DNA of 59,621 nt, counting the filler, from Basidioascus undulatus (lineage: Eukaryota), in assembly GCA_000826855.1 (NCBI GenBank). It is 7 parts of 7 records of this genome, joined end to end, with 100 filler letters (N's around TTAATTAATTAA, not from the genome) between each part and the next. Parts side by side here need not be neighbours in the genome. Positions count along the whole stretch, not along the records: positions 1 to 5,474 come from JTLS01001927.1; positions 5,575 to 11,032 come from JTLS01001928.1; positions 11,133 to 16,590 come from JTLS01001929.1; 4 more parts are not named here. One strand, 5' to 3'. Positions within the stretch are counted from its first letter, which is position 1; each line of letters begins with the position of its first letter. The notes under the pieces are model-generated. The model was not told where the DNA came from and did not search any database. It saw nothing but the letters and a program-made list of their open reading frames with translations. The position numbers and the translations under genes were made by a program. This document shows positions 1 to 12,203 of this stretch, one piece after another.

Positions 1-196
1 CAAGGTCGACTTTGCGGTCCTTGTTCTTGGGGTCGTTGACATCCCAGGGCGCCTTGAAGCGCATCACGTTCGTCTTGAAGCCGTGGGATGCGGACGAGAC
101 GAGCTGGAACTCGGAGTATCCGAGCGCGTCCTTGCTGTCCTCGGTCTTGACCGCGGCGGCGGACGTGCCAGGCTCGACCTTGACGCTGGTAGACAT
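1..196 (-). CDS. Probable transcription initiation factor IIF large subunit (Tfg1/RAP74), 5' part
   Basis: ATG at 196 reads MSTSVKVEPGTSAAAVKTEDSKDALGYSEFQLVSSASHGFKTNVMRFKAPWDVNDPKNKDRKVDL. The Y-x-E-F-x-L...M-R-F...K-V-D pattern recalls the fungal Tfg1 N-terminus. Runs off the window edge. Confidence 0.6.
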   Translation of the reverse strand, partial: MSTSVKVEPGTSAAAVKTEDSKDALGYSEFQLVSSASHGFKTNVMRFKAPWDVNDPKNKDRKVDL

Positions 197-592
197 CGAC
201 GGCTGCGGTCGCTGGCGTGGAGATGGGGCGGAAAAAAGGAGTATACAGTGAGCAGGCGGTGGCAAACGACGACAGCGCTGTGGAGCGAGTCGGGCGATGA
301 GATGATGGCGGGAGGTGAGTCGCCTCCGGCTCACGTCTTGACCTCGAGCAACCAAAAAGTCCCGCGGCGCGGTCCACCCACTGTTCTTGGACTAACGCTT
401 TCTTTCGCGTCAAGCGACCATTCCTGTTTCTACATTGTTTCGATCAATCATATTATTGCTCAAATTCGTGCTCGTTTCACTCACCGTTCTGCGTTATGTC
501 TTCGCCGTCCCCTATCTGTGGGTCTCCTCATCGCCAGCGCCCTCGCTCTCGCCCTCCGCGGCAACAGCACTGATCAGGCCCTGCTCCTCATC

Positions 593-2249
593 ATGGCCTT
601 GGGACTGGGAATGATCAAACTGGTTCCAGGCATCCCGCCCAACGCTTCGTTCCACCCGGCTTTTCTCCTCACTTCCCCCACCGCACAGCTCATCCTCGCC
701 GACCCGTCGTCCCCTATCGCGCTCCCACTCCACCCATACTTCCATGGCACAATCTCCATCTCTGCCCGCGTCGTGACCATCCACCCGCGCTCGCCTGACC
801 CGCCTATCTCGCCCTCGTCCCCGCACCACCGCCTCAAAGACGCCCTCGGCAAGTTCAAGGGCAAGCTCCGCGGAAAGTCCTTCTCCGCCTCGTCCTCCGT
901 CCTGGCAGTGCCCTCGAGCCCCAACAGCGGCAGCAGCGGCCAGCTTCCGCTGCCCTCGAGCAGCTCCGCCGCGTCCTCGTCCGCCACGCCGAGCGAGGCG
1001 GGTAGCCCCGTGGGGTGGACGCCCGAGCCCGCGTTCAGCTTCCGCGTCCCGACCGAGAGGGACGCTCACGCATGGGCGGATCTTCTCGTGAAGGAGCTGA
1101 ACGCCCGCGTCGTCGGCGAAGATGCGCCTGGATATGGAGAGGGCAGGGTGCCGGGCCGGTCGCCGACATTTGTGGGCCGCAGGGCGTCCGCGGGCGGCGC
1201 CCTGGGCGTGGAGAGGGAGCTCGAAGCTCTGTGAGTTGTGTAGCCATAGGCCGTGCTGTTTTTCTCGCTGATCCAGAGATGGAATCTGCAGTGAGCAGCC
1301 GGTGCCTACCTCCGGACTCGGCCTCGTCCTGCCCGCGCACTCGCACCGCAGCGCTTCATTCTCCCCCTCCTCCTCCTCCTCTAACCCCACCTACGCCTCG
1401 GCCTCCTCTTCCTCTATGCCCCGCCCTGTAATCCCCCAGAACCGCTTCTTTCCACCTCCACCGCCGAAGCTCAAGTCCCCGGCCTCATCGCCCGGCATCG
1501 CCTCGCACTACCTCGGCACCTCCCCTCCCGACCCGCTCGAGCTGGACGCGGACCGGCGCCCGTCCTTCTCCAGCCTCAGCTCGAGCCTCAGTTCGAGCGA
1601 GGTTCACACGACCAGCACGCCCGTGAGCCCGGAGCAGTATGTCAAGGATCTGCCGGTCCCACCAGTCTCGTTTCGCGACTTTCTCGTCGGGGGCGAGGGC
1701 GAGAGTACGGGACGGCCCGACAGCAAATTGCCTACGTCTCCGGCACCTCAGCCTCATCTTCACTCCTCCCCACGCACCTCTCTCTCGGGCCCAGCGTCGC
1801 CAGGCAGCAGCAACACGAGCACGAGCGTAACTCGGCACATCGTCCCGCCCTCCGAGCTCATCCGTCTCGCCTCCTCCTCTCCTATACACGCGCACTTCCA
1901 CTCGCACTCGCCCATGACGCCCTCCCCCACGCTCACGACAGCGCCACTTCCCCCGCCGCCAGCGCCGCTGCCGCGCCCGCCGCTCATGCTCCTGCGCTCC
2001 AAGTCCGCCGCCGAGACGCCCCGTGCGAAGAAGGAGCTCAGCGCGTGGCTCACCCAGCCGACGGCGAAGGCTGCTGCTGCTGGGGGAGGGGTGAGTCACC
2101 GCCCGTCGCAGCATGAGCCTATCCAAGAGCTCCCGGGCGAGACCGTTGGGAGAGTCGGGCGCTCCAAGTCCGTCTCGTCGCCGGTCACTGCGACGGCGTC
2201 GGAGGCTCAGGCGGAGGCGCACATTCAATTCCACCCGAAGCCGCAGTAG
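593..2249 (+). CDS. Hypothetical Ser/Pro-rich protein (2 exons)
   Basis: The ORF from ATG 593 joins ORF 1302-2249 in frame through a GTGAG...CTGAT...CAG intron at 1231-1291. Strong GC3 codon bias. Confidence 0.65.
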
Positions 2250-3017
2250 CACCACCACGCGCGCATCGCTTCGTTCGTCCCTCCCTCGCCGCCGCCATCG
2301 CCCAGTGCGGCAGAGAGCGGCGAAAGCCACGGCGCCTGAGGCACGGCCGCGGCCGCGTACCGAGTATCGCGCTGTCTCTTACATTCAACCGACGCTGGTC
2401 GTCAATCGAACTGTCTTGCACGTTCACTAATACAATACACCGTCGCCCCCTCATCGCCCATCCTCGCACCTTAATGCACTCGCACTCGCACTCGCACCCG
2501 CACCTGTACTCGCACTTCCGCTAGCACTTCTACTCGCACAATACAATCCTAACACTTATTCGCACTCGTTTGTTCGACCTCAGCGCATCCGTGTCGTATT
2601 CTTCGCATCACCTCATAGCAGAGCCGCACGTCGCATTTTCCGTGTCCCCTAATTCTTCTTCAACGTCCTGGTTCTCCGTCCCACTGCATAGTCTTGTACA
2701 TGTTTCCGCACACCAATCTCCACACGCCCGGCATATACATGGTCGTCTTCGATTCTTGGTCTTTTCGCAACTCTCGCCGTCTCGCCTCCCTCCCCCATTT
2801 GCTGTGCAACACGCATCGCTTATTGTGTAGATCACGTTTATAGATATGACTTTAACTGGGTTGCCCCCATGCGACACTTTGAAGGTACTTTGGACGGCAG
2901 GTCGCTCTTCCTGGGAGATTACAGTGCTCGGCAAGCGGCGACTCGCTCTGAATAATCCGATTCCATGCATTCAAGGGAGATGATAATCCGCGCCCCAGTA
3001 TTTCCGTTTCAGCTTTT

Positions 3018-4110
3018 CTATGCGTTTGGAACAAGGGCGTCAACGAGATCTGCGAATGAGTACAACACGGCGTCCGCCTGCGCGTGATCGTCATCGCCTT
3101 GCCTGAACTTGCCCGTCTTCACTGTCACACCGACAGCATGCGTTAGCGTTTAATCCTCACAATGAGATCCGCCATCCGATTTTCAACATCCAGCACTCAC
3201 CAAGCACCCTCTTAAGCCCGAGCTCCTGCGCTCCCCCACCCAAGTCTGCGCGCCAATCGTCTCCAACAACAGCGACGCTCTCCCAGTCCTCCCTGCGCAC
3301 GCCCTCCGCTTCGAGCGCTTTCAGAACAATCTCGAAAAAGGCGAGACTGGGCTTCCCAACTGCCTCGGCCTGCACGCCGGCGGCCTGCTCGAGCGCATGC
3401 ACGAATGGTCCAGGGCCGAGACTCAATTCGCCGTCCGTGTCCGCGAAGTACAGCGCCTTGTGCGTCGCAATAAGGGGGATGTCACGTTTGTTGTGCAGGA
3501 GACGGAATGCGGCGTTGAGGGAGGAGTAGGTCAAGTGCTCGGGTGCGAGGCCGAGGAGGACTGCGTTGTGCGGAGGGTCGTGGGGGAGGGTGGAGAAGTC
3601 TTCGAGTGCGGAGGGAGAGAGGAGGAGGAGGGGACTGTGAGCGGAAGGAGGTGAGTGAAACGATCCCGAAGTCGCTGTAAAGTTTTACGGCGGGCTTACC
3701 GAAGATTCCGCTCCTCAACGACCTCTCGACATGCGGACAAGCTCGTGAACAGTTCGTGCTCATGCACTTCAAACCCAATCATTCGAAGTCGCTCAATGAG
3801 GGAGCCCTTGCTCTCCTTGCTTGTATTGGAGCTGAATTTCTCCACAAAGACTTCTGAGCTTCACTGGAGACGGTCGTAATTGAAGTGTACGCGTACCAGA
3901 AGCGGAAAGGAATGCGGGCTGCGCGAAGACGAGCGAGGGACTCGACGGCGCGGGGCGTCGCGTTCGACCCAATATGGAGGGTACCGGACAAATCGAGAAG
4001 CAGCGCTTTGATCTTTGGTCTGGGTTAGAAGTGAGTGAGTGCGTGAATTAGTCGGCACGCGACGGTCGGAAGACGGACAGCTGCATGTTCGAGGACGAAG
4101 GAGAGGCCAT
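3018..4110 (-). CDS. HAD-superfamily subfamily IIA hydrolase (HDHD2/LHPP-like)
   Basis: Spliced motifs KALLLDLSGTLHIG, GPGPFVHALEQAAG...VGKPS, VGDDWRADLGGGA and VKTGKFRQGD. Stop at 3018-3020; first-exon boundary uncertain. Confidence 0.9.
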
Positions 4111-5047
4111 AAACCAAAACAGGCGCTCGCCAGCGATCAATTGTAGTAGACAAGCAGAGTTGATGCTCGAATGGACTTGTCAGTTTGTGGACTGAGGTAA
4201 TGATGGTGGTGGTCGCAGTCCAAACTCCAAAGGCGATCAGTGACTTCTTTCGCTTTACGCGACGCCCACATTCGTGACGTCAAATAGCGTAGTGTCTCCC
4301 AACCGCCCCGCTTGGCAATGTTGTCTAAATCTTGGTAAAATTAATGCATCTCAGTATATAACGATGTACATATCAGCGGAACTTCGTAGTCCTGGCGAAG
4401 CTGGCAACATCGCGGCGCTGCAGTCCGATCCAGCCTGACGCAGCAGATGGGCGTCTGCGCAACAAGATGTCCACGACATGAGGATGAACATATACACCTG
4501 AAAAAAAAATGGAAAATGTGCACGAGGCGGGACCGCTCTTGCCAAACCATCGGAGTGTTCAGAGGGACTATGTCTCGAAAAGGATACAGCTAGTAGATTA
4601 AAAAGCGAGCGTTCGACAGATCAGCAGTCGTTCCTCACCTCCTCAGCACCCAAATTAAGCTTCCCAACCAATTGACTTCGAGGAACTCCGGAAAGGTATT
4701 CCAGAATAGCCAAAAGGCCCACGAGCGGTGTCTGCCTAAGTGTCGGCCCTTCACTTCCTTTCATCTATATCTTCGAGGATCGAGCTCACTCAAGCAGGTC
4801 TTCATCAGTGGAAACCATGGCCGCGGCCACGGGTTCAACCAATGTGTGTGGGTCTTTCCCTCTGCCGGTCTTTACAAACCACGGTGCCGGTTTCAGGCGA
4901 TTCAGCTGCTGACATGGAAACCTAGACTATCTGTCTTTCTGGAAGAACCGCTTAGGCAGCGACATGGACGACGGTAGAAACCCAAGATTTGCAGTGATGA
5001 TGACAAGAAGAAGGGCGGCAGCAACCCGTGCACACTGAGCCCTTGCA

Positions 5048-5100
5048 CTCAATGCAGCTGAGAGCAGGACGACCTCAATGCAGCTGAGAGCAGGACGACC
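5048..5100. repeat. 26-bp direct tandem duplication
   Basis: ctcaatgcagctgagagcaggacgac occurs twice in tandem. Confidence 0.85.
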
Positions 5101-5474
5101 ACAAATAGATTTGTACCTAGGCCTGTTCCCTGTGGAGCAGCGCGCACGGCAACAATGGAGCAGCGGTAATCAGTCTTGGATTTTTCATCAGCTCCCCGTT
5201 GACCAAGAAGCGATGGCTCGTGACCACCCCCCAACCCCACAAGTTTCTGCCCTGTCTCATAGGGTAGAAAGCATATGGAAGTTAATTTAAAAAAGAAAGA
5301 AGAGCTTCATGCGTTTCCAAAGTACAAAGTAGGAGATAGATTCCAGGGAAGTGACAGAAGGGGGTCCGAAAGTGGGTGCACAGCGCACACTGGAGTGCTT
5401 CACCACTTGCCCTTCTTCTTCTCTGCGAACTTGGCTCCGCCAAACTGCTGCTTCTTGATGTCCGCAAGTTTGGC

Positions 5475-5574
5475 NNNNNNNNNNNNNNNNNNNNNNNNNN
5501 NNNNNNNNNNNNNNNNNNTTAATTAATTAANNNNNNNNNNNNNNNNNNNNNNNNNNNNNNNNNNNNNNNNNNNN
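5475..5574. other. Artificial contig linker
   Basis: N44-TTAATTAATTAA-N44, which places stops in all six frames. Confidence 0.98.
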
Positions 5575-6539
5575 ATCTCGCCTGACATCTCGCCTGACGT
5601 GTTTCTGCCGTTATTTTGTTCGACGTCGGATCGCTGTCTCGACGAACACGCAAGTGCGAGTGCATAACTTGGGCAAGTGAAGTGTACCCTCCAGTTCTTC
5701 AAGCTGGTTGTGATCAACTTGACGGCCACGCCCGTGGGAAGCCCTGGCCTGTGCAGTCAGGCGTGGATGCAGTCAGGCGTGGACGTCGTCCTTTTCTTGC
5801 GACGCGAAACGGGGACTGAGAGCAGTAAGACACATTTTCTGCTTTAGGTTTCTCCTGTAAGCAATAAGAAGACCAAGGATGCTCTGATCCGACCGAAGTA
5901 GTACCCGTCCACTCGCGCTTGCTGTCATGCGTGTGGGCCTCACTGCATCTTTCGGGCCGCCCGGGCCACGTTTGTTCGCTCAATGCTCAGCATACAGCCC
6001 TTCGGGTCACTGCGGAGTATGTAGAAGTAAGGTAAGGTTCTCTTTTAATTACTGTGTAGTATTCTCGTCTACGCTAACTCGTCCGGTGGAAGTCACTCTG
6101 GAGGCACAGCCAGCCAGCACAGCACTCTCCATCCGCTGCGCTTTGGTTTGCCTACGGTGGCTGTATTCCGCTCTCAGGAGCTGGAATTATATATTCTCTA
6201 ATGGGTCAAACACAGTTAGTGTATTGCAGTCCTGGATCGTTGTTTCTAGACGCTCCTGAAGCGCACGAGAGAGGCGTCATGTCAACCGCTTTCTGACTCA
6301 ACCGGCCCTCATACATTTGTGAACATACAACCTTTAGACAATTGTCGGAGTCCTGGTTCGAGTGGGCAAGTGAGGGCCAGTGCAAAGCCAAAAGAAGATC
6401 AGCAGCCGTCTGTGCGTCCCTTACAAAGCTCACGTGCTGTGTATGGCTTCGCATTGAGGTACAGCCTTCTTGAACGCAAGGCGAGCAGAACAATAGTGAT
6501 TTTCAAGTTTCACAAGGAACTTGAGCCACAATGTCTCTC

Positions 6540-6937
6540 AGCCCACAAAGGGGAAGGAGTTGGAGAGGTCAGTGAATGCTGTGCTGCATAGAGAGTCTGG
6601 CCCTGTGACTGGTTTGCTCAATTCAGGTCTGGAGAACACAGGCATTGTTGTTTGTGCGGTAGCCACGGAAGCCATTCTGGTTGGGGGGGATGCGCTTGTC
6701 CGCCTCACCCCTCTCCTACCTGCCCCGGTTGATGAACCACATGTGCGCTTTGAGGAGGCTGGGTTCCAGCACAATGGCACGGTAGTTCTCCGCGACCTGC
6801 CGGCTCTTGTTGACTTTGAGCACGCCCACCATAAGGCTGACCTGCTCCTCAGAAGAGCACTCACACCGCTCTAGGCAGGTGTTCAGGTACTCCCTCAAAG
6901 CACTGGGGGGGAGGTCCAGCAAGTTTGCTGGCCGCAA
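6540..6937 (-). mobile_element. Degenerate non-LTR (LINE) reverse transcriptase fragment
   Basis: YLNTCLE...VGVLKVNKS...ENYRAIVLEPSLLK, then frameshifted PPNQNGFRGYRTNNN and AFTDLSNSFP. These match LINE RT domains 1-3 and contain stops and frameshifts. Confidence 0.85.
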
Positions 6938-7271
6938 GGTACGTTCACCTCCTCATACATGGTGTCAGCGGCTGCGTTCCTGGGACGACTGGACAAGAAC
7001 GAAATTTCAAAAGCTTCAGTTGTAACGCAGCGCCATCTCACTGTGCTGCTGGGCAAGCATTATCAATGTTCCCTACTGGTAACGGCATTTTGACCTTGTG
7101 GGAACTCCCAGATTGTTTCTCTGTGCTCTCCACATTTAGCTAGCTTGCAGCATTGCAGCACGACCACATGTACATCGTGACATAATGCGGCGGGGACAGG
7201 AAGCTCAGACTGCCTTGCGTGACAGCAGAAGAAAGTACTTGTGTCCTTGAAGATGAAACTTAGAATCCTCC

Positions 7272-7904
7272 TTATCTTGGGCTCTCCTCATTCCCAAAAT
7301 CAACAACACTCCCCATGGACCTCCAAGCCCCGCCCTCGCCCCTACTGCTGCCCCATCGCCCGCGGAACCGCCCCATTGCCCGCTTGGGCTTGCTGGACGA
7401 CAACGGCCAACGCGGACGTAAGAGCGGCACAATCTGTATTACCAGGTCGAGAAGATCATCCAGGAACACTGCAATCTGGACGAGCATCACGGCGGCCCTG
7501 CTGATCTGCAAGTACTCCCACGCCTCCTGGAGATCTGTTCCATGCGAGTCTGAGTCTACCTGCGCTCTCCCAGGGATTCAGGGTCGAAGCCGGTTTTTGA
7601 AAGTATCCCAGACATCCCAGAGGGCGACGAGGGACGCAAGCCTCGAGCGCAAGCGCCGCGACAAAGGGCGCGACCTCGGCGAGGGTGGTCGGTTCAAGGC
7701 CTTGACGGCGAAGGTCGTTGCTAGTGATCCAAAGAGATAGAGGGTGATCACGGTGGTAGGCACGATGAGGGGGTGTATGAGGTGCAGCGCAGGCCTAACG
7801 ATGCGGGCTCCGTTGCCGAGGCGGGGCCGGCGTCTGTAGGCGTCCGCGCCGGTGTACAGCAGGACGCCAGCGGCGAGGAGGATGTAAGGGGGGAGCAGAC
7901 CCAT
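7272..7904 (-). pseudogene. Unrecognised small membrane-protein gene/pseudogene, copy A
   Basis: MGLLPPYILLAAGVLLYTGADAYRRRPRLG...RLASLVA, then QEAWEYLQISRAAVMLVQIAVFLDDLLD. Paralogous to 8908-9549. Confidence 0.5.
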
Positions 7905-8907
7905 CGAGGTGTTGCCAGGGACCAATATGGGGCGAGGAGGAAAGTGAGGATGCAGACAGGGAAAGCCGGAAGCACGCTGGCAGGCACGGTGCTTAGGGGC
8001 TGAAAGCGAAGGAGGGCCAGTCGCGTTTCCGACTGAGGATGACGCTGAGTGCATGCCCCCTTCCTCTCAGAGTCTCTTCCGATTCCCTTTTTCTAAGGGG
8101 AAGACTTCCCGTTGACTCAGTACAAGCACGACTCGTTGCGGGTGAGGTGCAGTAGTGGGTGGGTGTGAACAGCTTACGAGAAACGAGAGCGAGTCCAACG
8201 ACGGGCAAGTACACAGCAGGGGACCTAGGCAGGGCCACCAGAAACGCATAGTATAGCAGGAGGAGCAGAAAGAGAAGATACAAGCGTTCCGAACCCTCTT
8301 GGGAGAATACATGCATCCAGCGGCATGTACGTTCGCCTACCTCCTTTGGGTGAATGGTGATCTTCACAAAGAAGGGCCGACACGGCGCAAATCAATCTTT
8401 CTTTCTCAGATTCCTCCAATCCTCTAGAGCCACGCTATATTTCAGAGCTCTCTAAGAACTTGCACACTCGCTCAGGTCGAATGGCCTAGGGTTTTGTTGG
8501 GTTTGGGATCTGATTAAGCTGGGAGGAAAAAGGACTTGACATGCCCGCAACCTGCACTACAGACCAGCGACGACAGACGAGTCGCAGAAGCGAGTTCAGC
8601 TCCATGACAGACAGGAAAGTACGGAACACGAAACCAACGGGACAGGACAGGAGGCAGAATAGAAATGCACCGCCAGCACCGTTCAGGCTCTTTCAATATC
8701 TCTTACACTTATCCGCATCTGTAACCTAAGGACACTCTAGGAATACTTCTCTGTATTGTTCGATTGCGCCAGACTTAGCGAGTTGCAGCATGACCAGGCC
8801 CACGACTTGACGCGCTGCGGCAGGGAAGAAACACTTGCACGACACCACGCGAAAGTACTTGTATCCGTGTAGACGTAAGTTAAGATGTTCCCTAGTTTTG
8901 ATGCCGA

Positions 8908-9549
8908 TCAATAACTCAAGTCCCACAACACCCCTCCGGCGACCTCCAAGCCCCCGCGCCCGCCCCTACTGCTCTCCCACCGCCTGCTGAACCGCGCCCG
9001 CCCCAGCCGGGGCCTGCGGAGGTGTGGGAACGGAGCACGACGACCCATGAGCCTCCCCAGTCTTCCTCTTAATCCAAAAGGTTTGCCAGAAAGATCGAAA
9101 CCTCGACGAGCTGTGCAGCCGTGCTGCCAAGCTGCAAGCCCTCCCACAAGTCCTCCATGTCTCTTTCATACAGCCCCCAAGTCTGTCTGAGCTCGCCAAA
9201 AGGAGCAGGGTTGAAAAGACGTCTACGCACGGCTGAGAGTATTCCAATCCTTCCGGAACGCGACTATGGACGCGAGCTTTGCGCGCAAGTGCGGGCCGAG
9301 CAGAGGCGCGAGCCCGACGAGGCCAGCGGGCTCGTCAATGCCGCAGGTGTGGAGGTCGCCGATAATGCAAACGTAGGTGTAGAAAGTGAAGCCGCTGATA
9401 TAGAGGACGTAGCGGTGCGCGAGGGGCAGGGGGACCCAGGCCGCGCGGGCGCGGTGAGGGCCGAGACGTAGGCGTCGCCTGTAGGCGTGTGTGCCGGTGA
9501 GGAGCAGGATGCCGATGGCCAGGAGAGTCAGAGAGAGCAGCGGTTCCAT
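8908..9549 (-). pseudogene. Unrecognised small membrane-protein gene/pseudogene, copy B
   Basis: MEPLLSLTLLAIGILLLTGTHAYRRRLRLG...KLASIVA, a GTGCGT intron near 9230, then EDLWEGLQLGSTAAQLVEVSIFLANLLD*. Confidence 0.5.
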
Positions 9550-10614
9550 GGGGAGTGCGTTTAAGTTGGTACTGGGGAGGTGGGAAGGTAGGAAGAGTGG
9601 AGAGTGAGGAAGGCACGCGGACGGATGCGCTGCTTGTAAGGGGCTGAAAGCGAAGGGGCAGTCGCCTTTCCGACTGAGTACGACGCAGATTGACTGTCCT
9701 CGTACGCTTGGGCTCTTCAGAGCCCAATGCTTTGCAATTATGAAGCGGACAAAGATCCGTGGATTGGACGCCCAAGACTCGCAGGGTGAGATGCAGTCAG
9801 GATTGAACTGTGCCCCGCCCCAACTTTTATGTTGCCAGCTTCCATTTGCACGGGAACACCTCGTAACGCAAAACGATTCGGACCATGGGGTTTCCCTGAG
9901 CTTGATGGAAGCGTTGCCGCTGCTAGCGCACGGCAGGTCCCGATTCCCCTTGGTGAAAGTTGATCTGAAAGCTACCGCTTGCATTGAGCGCACCCAGCTG
10001 CTCACAGCTCACAGTCAATTGCAACAGGTAATTCTCAGTTGGCACTAGGTAAGTGCTGCAGTTTCAATGCTTCAGCACATGTGTATTTGGGTTTTGAAAG
10101 CACCTGTGCAGTCGAAGCAGATGCATCAAGTGGTAACGCAACAATAACGCAACACGATTCGGCGCCCACATTTAGAGGTCCTTACCACAGCTGCGAATCC
10201 CGGTTCGCGAGTCGATCCAACCCTTCAGAAAGAACTCGAGCTGCCAGACACCCTCGTGCCTTACTGAAGGCTGCAGACAGGAGACGCTGCCACTCATGGT
10301 GGCTGAGGGCACACGACCCGCGACGACAGACGAGTCGCAAAAGCGAGCTGCGAGCCCAGTTCCACGACAGAAACATACAAAACACACTAGGACTAACGAA
10401 ATAGGACAGGACGGAGAACAAGAGAACAGACAGCAAGGAGAGACGCAAGCATAGGGAGACGACTGAAAGTGTGTGGTGCGGAAACGTGGTAGCGCAGTGT
10501 AGTATAGCAAGCAAATGCGAGAGACCGAAACACAAGCAGAAAATACAGGCTCCCAAGCAAGCCGAACAAAGCGAGACAACCCAAAAGTAAGGAAAAGCTT
10601 CCCCTCTCCATCTT

Positions 10615-11032
10615 CTATCGACCCGCTCCGTCTCCCCGAATCATCGAAGGTGAAGGTCCTTCCTCCCTGCCCGCAGCCGCCGCCGCCGCCTCCCGCGCCG
10701 CCTGCGCCCTCAGCGCGCTATTCCCCTGCTCCCTCTCCCTCTCCGCGCGTTTCCATGCGCGCCGCTTCTTCCCCGGGCGCGTGAGCTGCTGCTGCTTGCG
10801 CGGGTTGCCCGCGCCCATCCAGGACTGGTTCGAGCTGGCGTTGGCGTTGGCGTTGGCGTTGGCGTTTGAGTGTGGGTGAGGGTGTGGAGGGGCTTCGTCT
10901 GCGGAGGCGTAGGAGGGATGCTTCTTGCGTGGGAGCCAGGCGGGCTCGTCGGCGAGGGAGGAGTGGGTGGAGGATGGCGAGGAGGCGGAGTGGGAGAGGG
11001 GCAGGGGGGTGCTGGGGGAGGTGAGGAGGTAC
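10615..11032 (-). CDS. 3' end of hypothetical protein (contig-truncated) with an (NA)n repeat
   Basis: Open GC-rich frame from the contig edge to the stop at 10615. An (AACGCC)n repeat near 10837-10866 encodes NANANA. Confidence 0.5.
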
Positions 11033-11132
11033 NNNNNNNNNNNNNNNNNNNNNNNNNNNNNNNNNNNNNNNNNNNNTTAATTAATTAANNNNNNNNNNNN
11101 NNNNNNNNNNNNNNNNNNNNNNNNNNNNNNNN
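11033..11132. other. Artificial contig linker
   Basis: N44-TTAATTAATTAA-N44. Confidence 0.98.
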
Positions 11133-11152
11133 TCCTCCCCATCGACCACAGC

Positions 11153-12203
11153 ATGCTCGCTGCACGCCGCCTCCCGCTCCTCGCCGGGCGGGGTCTCTCT
11201 ATCCGCGCCGCCTCCACCGCCTCCGCGCCCGCGTCCGCCTCCGCCTCCGCAGCGCCGCGGAAGAACCCCTACGCGAAGCGCATCACGCCCGGGTCCACGC
11301 CTAAGGGCGGCAAGTACGCCACGGGCCGGTGGCTCCAGCGCGGCGGGTGGGACTACGAGTTCAAGGACGGCAAGATCATCGCCAGCCTGTCCCCCGAGAC
11401 CAACCCCGCCCAGCTCTCCACCCCCGGCCCGACCACGTCCTCCTCCACCACCGGCAACGACCCCGACCCCCAGCTTGGCGGGTACCCGCAGCTCCCCTCC
11501 GTGCCCTACGACCGCCGCGCGCCCCTCGGCTGGTGGGACAAGCAGGACCGCAGGAACTTTGGCGAGACTGTGAGTGCCCCTTCCTTTCCCCAGCATCTCC
11601 CCGGAGAAAGAACGACGCTGATTGGAACGGGGACGAAACAGCTCCACGCCGAGGACGACATCCTCTCCATGCAAGCACCCGACTCGTATGCCATCTCCGG
11701 GCCTAGCGCCCTCCGCCAGCTCCTCCTCGCTGCGGGCATCGCGGGCCTCGTCGCCTTCACCATTGCCAACACCGTGCCCGAGCGCCCGGCCCTCCCGCGC
11801 GACTACCCGCGGTGCGTCTTCCCTCCCGCTCCCTCCTTCCCTCTCCGTGTTCCCCATAATCCCTCCTTCTCGTTCCCTCCTTCGTCCCATACTTCTCTCT
11901 TCTTATTCTTTGTTCTTTCCTATCCCTCTCTCCCTGTCCCCGGCTCTCCATTCCCTCTCTCCCCCTCTTTCCCTCTTTCCGTCCCCAAACCTAACGCTTT
12001 CCGGACGCTGACGTCTGTCACTCTGAAGGGACGGCCTGCGGGAGGAGCTCGGCGGGCTGGAGGCCAACAAGGTGAGCTCTGAGCTTTAGCCCGTCCTCGC
12101 CCTTCCGCTTCCCCCTACCGTGCGTGATGGAGACACGAGAACAAAGCTGAATGAAAGGCTGCAACAGGCCCCGGTCTACGCTTCGCTTGAGGACGAGGAG
12201 TAA
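11153..12203 (+). CDS. NDUFB8: NADH:ubiquinone oxidoreductase subunit B8 (ASHI)
   Basis: Mitochondrial presequence, DPQLGGYPQLP...RRAPLGWWDKQDRRNFGET|LHAEDDIL, a TM helix, then PERPALPRDYP|DGLREELGG. Three GT-AG introns; TAA at 12201-12203. Confidence 0.92.

Noticed and set aside
512..2330. Long antisense ORFs (also opposite NOP58, RGS and the fusion gene)
   Set aside because: Shadow ORFs produced by high GC3 on the true coding strand.
4275..4282. TGACGTCA (CRE/ATF site) upstream of the HAD gene
   Set aside because: A single 8-mer is expected by chance in 60 kb, and there is no supporting evidence.
5519..5530. Recurrent TTAATTAATTAA palindrome as a biological site or repeat array
   Set aside because: It is always centred in N44 padding, so it is a synthetic six-frame stop linker.
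5575..5785. Short 12-16-bp tandem duplications
   Set aside because: Two-copy slippage products without spacers, not an array.
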